The position numbers and the translations under genes are program-made. Shown here piece after piece: positions 59,798 to 62,525 of a stretch of 62,525 nucleotides of DNA. The stretch comes from Candidatus Omnitrophota bacterium (GTDB lineage: Bacteria; Omnitrophota; Omnitrophia; Omnitrophales; Aquincolibacteriaceae). The stretch is from positions 1 to 62,525 of the forward strand of contig PLLJ01000037.1 of NCBI GenBank assembly GCA_003140935.1. Direction: 5' to 3'. The notes under the pieces are model-generated. The model was not told the origin of the DNA, did no database searches, and saw only the letters and a list, made by a program, of their open reading frames with translations. Positions within the stretch are counted from its first letter, which is position 1, and every line of letters begins with the position of its first letter.

Positions 59798-59878
59798 AAC
59801 CGGCCCACGCAGGGACGTTTGTTTGGTATAATCGGTGAATCTGTGGTGAATGTCCTGAAGGTCAATCTTGAGTCGAAT
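59798..59878 (+). pseudogene. Relic of the kdpC 3' terminus between kdpA and the second kdpD-like gene
   Basis: It translates to NRPTQGRLFGIIGESVVNVLKVNLESN. 15 of 24 aligned residues are identical to the KdpC C-terminus TQGRFLGLLGEPAVNVLKVNLDLD (about 57836-57907). There is no start codon and no upstream kdpC body. Confidence 0.65.
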
Positions 59879-59903
59879 CATGGAGAGATCGATGAGATGA
59901 GGC

Positions 59904-62093
59904 ATGGAAAATAGACCGGACCCGGATCAACTTTTAAAACGCGCTCAGGCCGAAGAAGCCCATCGCGGAAAACTCAAAATCTTTTTTGGCGCTGTGGCCG
60001 GCGTCGGAAAAACTTATTCCATGCTTGAGACCGCGAGGCACCGGAAAAAAGAAGGCATCGATGTCATCGTCGGCTATGTCGAAACTCACAAGCGAGCTGA
60101 AACCGAGGCCCTCCTAGAAGGATTGGAAGTTCTCCCCCGCAAAATAGTTTCTTATAAGAATGTCGACCTCCCTGAATTTGATATCGATGCGGCGTTAAAA
60201 AGGAATCCCACCTTGATCCTTGTCGACGAGCTGGCTCACACGAATGCTCCCGGCTCCCGCCATTTAAAACGCTGGCAGGATGTCGAGGAACTGCTTAACG
60301 CCGGGATCGACGTTTATACCACTTTAAACGTCCAACATTGTGAAAGCGTAAATGATATCGTGACCCAGGTGACCGGCGTGACCGTTCGTGAAACGGTCCC
60401 TGATACGTTCATTGAAAAAGCAGCAGAGATGGAACTGGTGGATCTCCCTTCCGAAGACCTTCTCAAGCGCTTGAAAGAAGGAAAGGTCTATCTCGGCGCG
60501 CAAGCCGAGCACGCTGCGCAAAATTTTTTCCAGCCCGGAAATCTCATCGCGCTGCGCCAATTGGCACTCCGGTATACCGCGAAGAATGTAGACGCTCAGA
60601 TGCGCAGCTTCAAAGGACTCCACTCCATTTCGAAAATCTGGAATGTCGGGGAACGGTTCCTAGTTTGTGTCAGCGGAAGCCCTTCCGCGATAAACCTGAT
60701 CCGGGCCGCCAAGCGCATCGCTTCCGAAATCGGAGCGCCCTGGACTGTCGCTTATGTTGAGTCTATTTCTTTACGGCATACGGAGGTAGAGAAAAAGCAA
60801 GCTTTGGAGATGTTACGATTTGCGGAAAAAATGGGGGCTGAGGTCGTGACTTTAAGCGGGCAAGATGTCAGTGACGAGCTGATCGCGTATGCAAGAGCCA
60901 ATAACATTACGAAACTTATCATCGGAAAACCTAAAAGAACAAGGCTACAGGAATGGATATCCGGTTCCATCGTGAATGATCTTGCGCGCAAATGCGGGGA
61001 GATCGATCTTTATGTCATCAGCGGGGAAAGGCAGACGACCCCTGCGCCTCTGTCCTCTGCAGCGTCTTTAAAACCGTTCTCATGGAAAAACGCCTTTTTT
61101 GCTTTGGGTATCGTGGCTCTCTGCACGGGGATCAATGTCCCATTATCCCGCTATCTGGAACCTGCCAATCTTGTTTTGATCTATTTGCTGGGGGTTGTCT
61201 GGATCGCTTTCCGTTACGGGAAACGCGTTTCGATCATCGCCTCTCTGCTGAGTGTTCTTTTGTTCGATTATTTTTTCACACGACCTTTTTATTCTTTTAC
61301 GCTCTCTGACAGCCAAGACGTCTTCACGTTCATTGCCATGGTCTCCATGAGTTTCTTAATCAGTGGCTTAACGGACCGCCTACGGCAACAAACAGCTGCG
61401 ATGCGTATGCGGGAAGACCGCAATCGCATCCTTTACGAGCTGATGCAGGACCTTGCCAAGACATCGACTCCGGATGGCCTTTTTCAGGCTCTGATTCATC
61501 ATGTCCGGATCTATTTTAAACTGCCGGTTGTTATCTTCACTCCTTCCCCCAAAAAAGAATTGCTGCCGCGTTTTGATAAGCTGGAAGGACACGGATTGCT
61601 TCCCAACGAAAGGGCCGTGGCGCAATGGGCCTACGAACACAAAAAAATGGCGGGGCAAGGAAGCGACACGCTCCCGGCATCGCAAGGACTTTACCTTCCC
61701 CTCGTCGGATTGGAAAGAACCCTTGGAGTGCTTGGGATATTCCCTAAAGAAAAAACCCCGTTCATGGATCCCGAACGGTTGCATCTTCTTCAAATGCTGG
61801 TGAACCAGACGGCATTGGCTGTGGAAGGGGTCGAGCTTGCTTTTGCGGCGCTCAGAGCCGAAGATGCCATCGAAAAAGAACGTGTCCACAATCTTCTTTT
61901 AAGTACTTTTTCTTACGAGCTCCCCGGCCCGCTTTCCGAAATCTCACAAGCGGCGGCCGACCTGCTTAAACCCGAAATCTTTAATAACGAAGTAAAAAAG
62001 AACGCCCTCATAAAACTGATCCAGATCAGGGCCCAGGAATTAAATAAGTTGACCGCTGAGCTCCCGAAAATCCTCGAATCTGAAAACCCATAG
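59904..62093 (+). CDS. KdpD-like sensor protein (KdpD N-terminal domain + Usp + TM + GAF) with degenerate H-box and no ATPase domain
   Basis: 729 aa. It has the N-terminal KdpD domain with a P-loop-like GAVAGVGKT, a Usp-like region, the KdpD-type TM block and a GAF-like region. The H-box equivalent reads STFSYELPGPL, with Tyr (codon 61914-61916) where the phospho-accepting His should be. The protein ends before any N/G boxes. Confidence 0.8.
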   Translation: MENRPDPDQLLKRAQAEEAHRGKLKIFFGAVAGVGKTYSMLETARHRKKEGIDVIVGYVETHKRAETEALLEGLEVLPRKIVSYKNVDLPEFDIDAALKRNPTLILVDELAHTNAPGSRHLKRWQDVEELLNAGIDVYTTLNVQHCESVNDIVTQVTGVTVRETVPDTFIEKAAEMELVDLPSEDLLKRLKEGKVYLGAQAEHAAQNFFQPGNLIALRQLALRYTAKNVDAQMRSFKGLHSISKIWNVGERFLVCVSGSPSAINLIRAAKRIASEIGAPWTVAYVESISLRHTEVEKKQALEMLRFAEKMGAEVVTLSGQDVSDELIAYARANNITKLIIGKPKRTRLQEWISGSIVNDLARKCGEIDLYVISGERQTTPAPLSSAASLKPFSWKNAFFALGIVALCTGINVPLSRYLEPANLVLIYLLGVVWIAFRYGKRVSIIASLLSVLLFDYFFTRPFYSFTLSDSQDVFTFIAMVSMSFLISGLTDRLRQQTAAMRMREDRNRILYELMQDLAKTSTPDGLFQALIHHVRIYFKLPVVIFTPSPKKELLPRFDKLEGHGLLPNERAVAQWAYEHKKMAGQGSDTLPASQGLYLPLVGLERTLGVLGIFPKEKTPFMDPERLHLLQMLVNQTALAVEGVELAFAALRAEDAIEKERVHNLLLSTFSYELPGPLSEISQAAADLLKPEIFNNEVKKNALIKLIQIRAQELNKLTAELPKILESENP

Positions 62094-62240
62094 CTCGTAG
62101 CAAATCCGGACAGCTAACCAGGCCACCCCAACGAGTAAAAAGTCCCGGCCCCGCGTCCCAATCATCTTGAAAATACAAGGGTTGATTGGGACAGCCCTGA
62201 CCTCATCATTAATTTTTTAAATGAATGACAGTCAGGACGA

Positions 62241-62288
62241 GAAGGGGTACTTCTCGATCACTAGGGGAGGCGATTTTGGGACCGTCCC
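62241..62288 (+). repeat. About 46-nt intergenic repeat, copy 2
   Basis: GAAGGGGTACTTCTCGATCACTAGGGGAGGCGATTTTGGGACCGTCCC. Confidence 0.7.
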
Positions 62289-62310
62289 AATTCTAATCAA
62301 TCGAAGCAAA

Positions 62311-62398
62311 GCGGCACTTGACTCTCTTTAATTTAGAAAACAAAGGTAGTCAGTGCCGTCCAAGTCACCCTTAATAAAAAGAAAATAAAGACTTGGGC
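62311..62398 (+). repeat. AT-loop hairpin pair (copy D) homologous to 1226-1393
   Basis: GGCACTTGACT...AGTCAGTGCC, followed by GTCCAAGTC-acccTTAATAAAAAgaaaataaa-GACTTGGGC. Confidence 0.6.
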
Positions 62399-62525
62399 GG
62401 AGATTGGGGCGGTTCTTGTCAGCCTTTGAGAAATGAAACAAAAGACAAGGACCGGGATGAACTTTTCAAGCTAATGTCGTCATCCGATCGCTATTTTTCC
62501 GATCTCACCGGTGCGGATTCGGAAG

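Noticed and set aside
59617-59865. 82-aa minus-strand ORF between kdpA and the second kdpD-like gene
   Set aside because: It overlaps the kdpA 3' end and the kdpC relic in antisense, and has no motifs or SD.
1-62525. Search for transposases, integrases, phage genes, toxin-antitoxin pairs or known defence systems that could explain the rearrangement scars and the giant ORF
   Set aside because: None of the ORFs in the track show DDE, tyrosine or serine recombinase, phage structural or classical defence-gene motifs that I can recognise. The rearrangements therefore cannot be attributed to an identifiable mobile element in this window.

Overview
This 62.5-kb window is gene-dense and comes from a diderm bacterium, judged from lipid A genes lpxB and msbA and a beta-barrel outer-membrane protein. 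I recognised no rRNA, CRISPR array, transposase or integrase.

Most of it is core metabolism:
- a partial initiator tRNA at the left edge, two aldolases, uvrB, an rlpA-like gene, an SGNH hydrolase, nadC and valS
- a minus-strand aspartate-family operon: hom, thrC, an ApgM-like proposed homoserine kinase, lysC, cimA
- msbA, a Gfo/Idh/MocA oxidoreductase and lpxB
- gltB-gltD and carA-carB
- a nitrogen-type cluster: APC permease fused to a PII domain, a free PII, a Fis-type HTH and a porin-like protein
- a rearranged kdp locus: HK-only kdpD-like gene, kdpE, several kdpF-like mini-ORFs, kdpB-kdpC-kdpA, then a second kinase-dead kdpD-like sensor

The outstanding feature is one uninterrupted 11,292-nt ORF (17737-29028, minus strand, 3,763 aa).
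- It starts with a single signal-anchor helix.
- It then strings together motif-recognisable nucleotide-acting modules: deaminase-like, two HD, HIT-like, PRTase, pol-beta nucleotidyltransferase and P-loop.
- Ten copies of the pentapeptide R-S-E-[MVIA]-R separate the modules. Four copies share an identical 15-nt string.

Other structure not explained by ordinary annotation:
- a GGGACTC-heptamer palindromic element family, found in intergenic DNA and translated in-frame inside valS and the giant ORF
- a conserved ~78-nt leader with crossing helices and a compensatory base-pair change, upstream of gltD and of the porin gene
- two decayed 3'-end gene relics (carB, kdpC) that mark past rearrangements
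- two long GC-rich rod-like inverted repeats between convergent genes
- families of AT-loop hairpins in the long intergenic spacers

All family calls are motif-level readings by eye. Hand-counted coordinates of small elements may be off by a few nucleotides. A guess of Omnitrophota-like or another uncultivated lineage rests only on the giant ORF and has low confidence.
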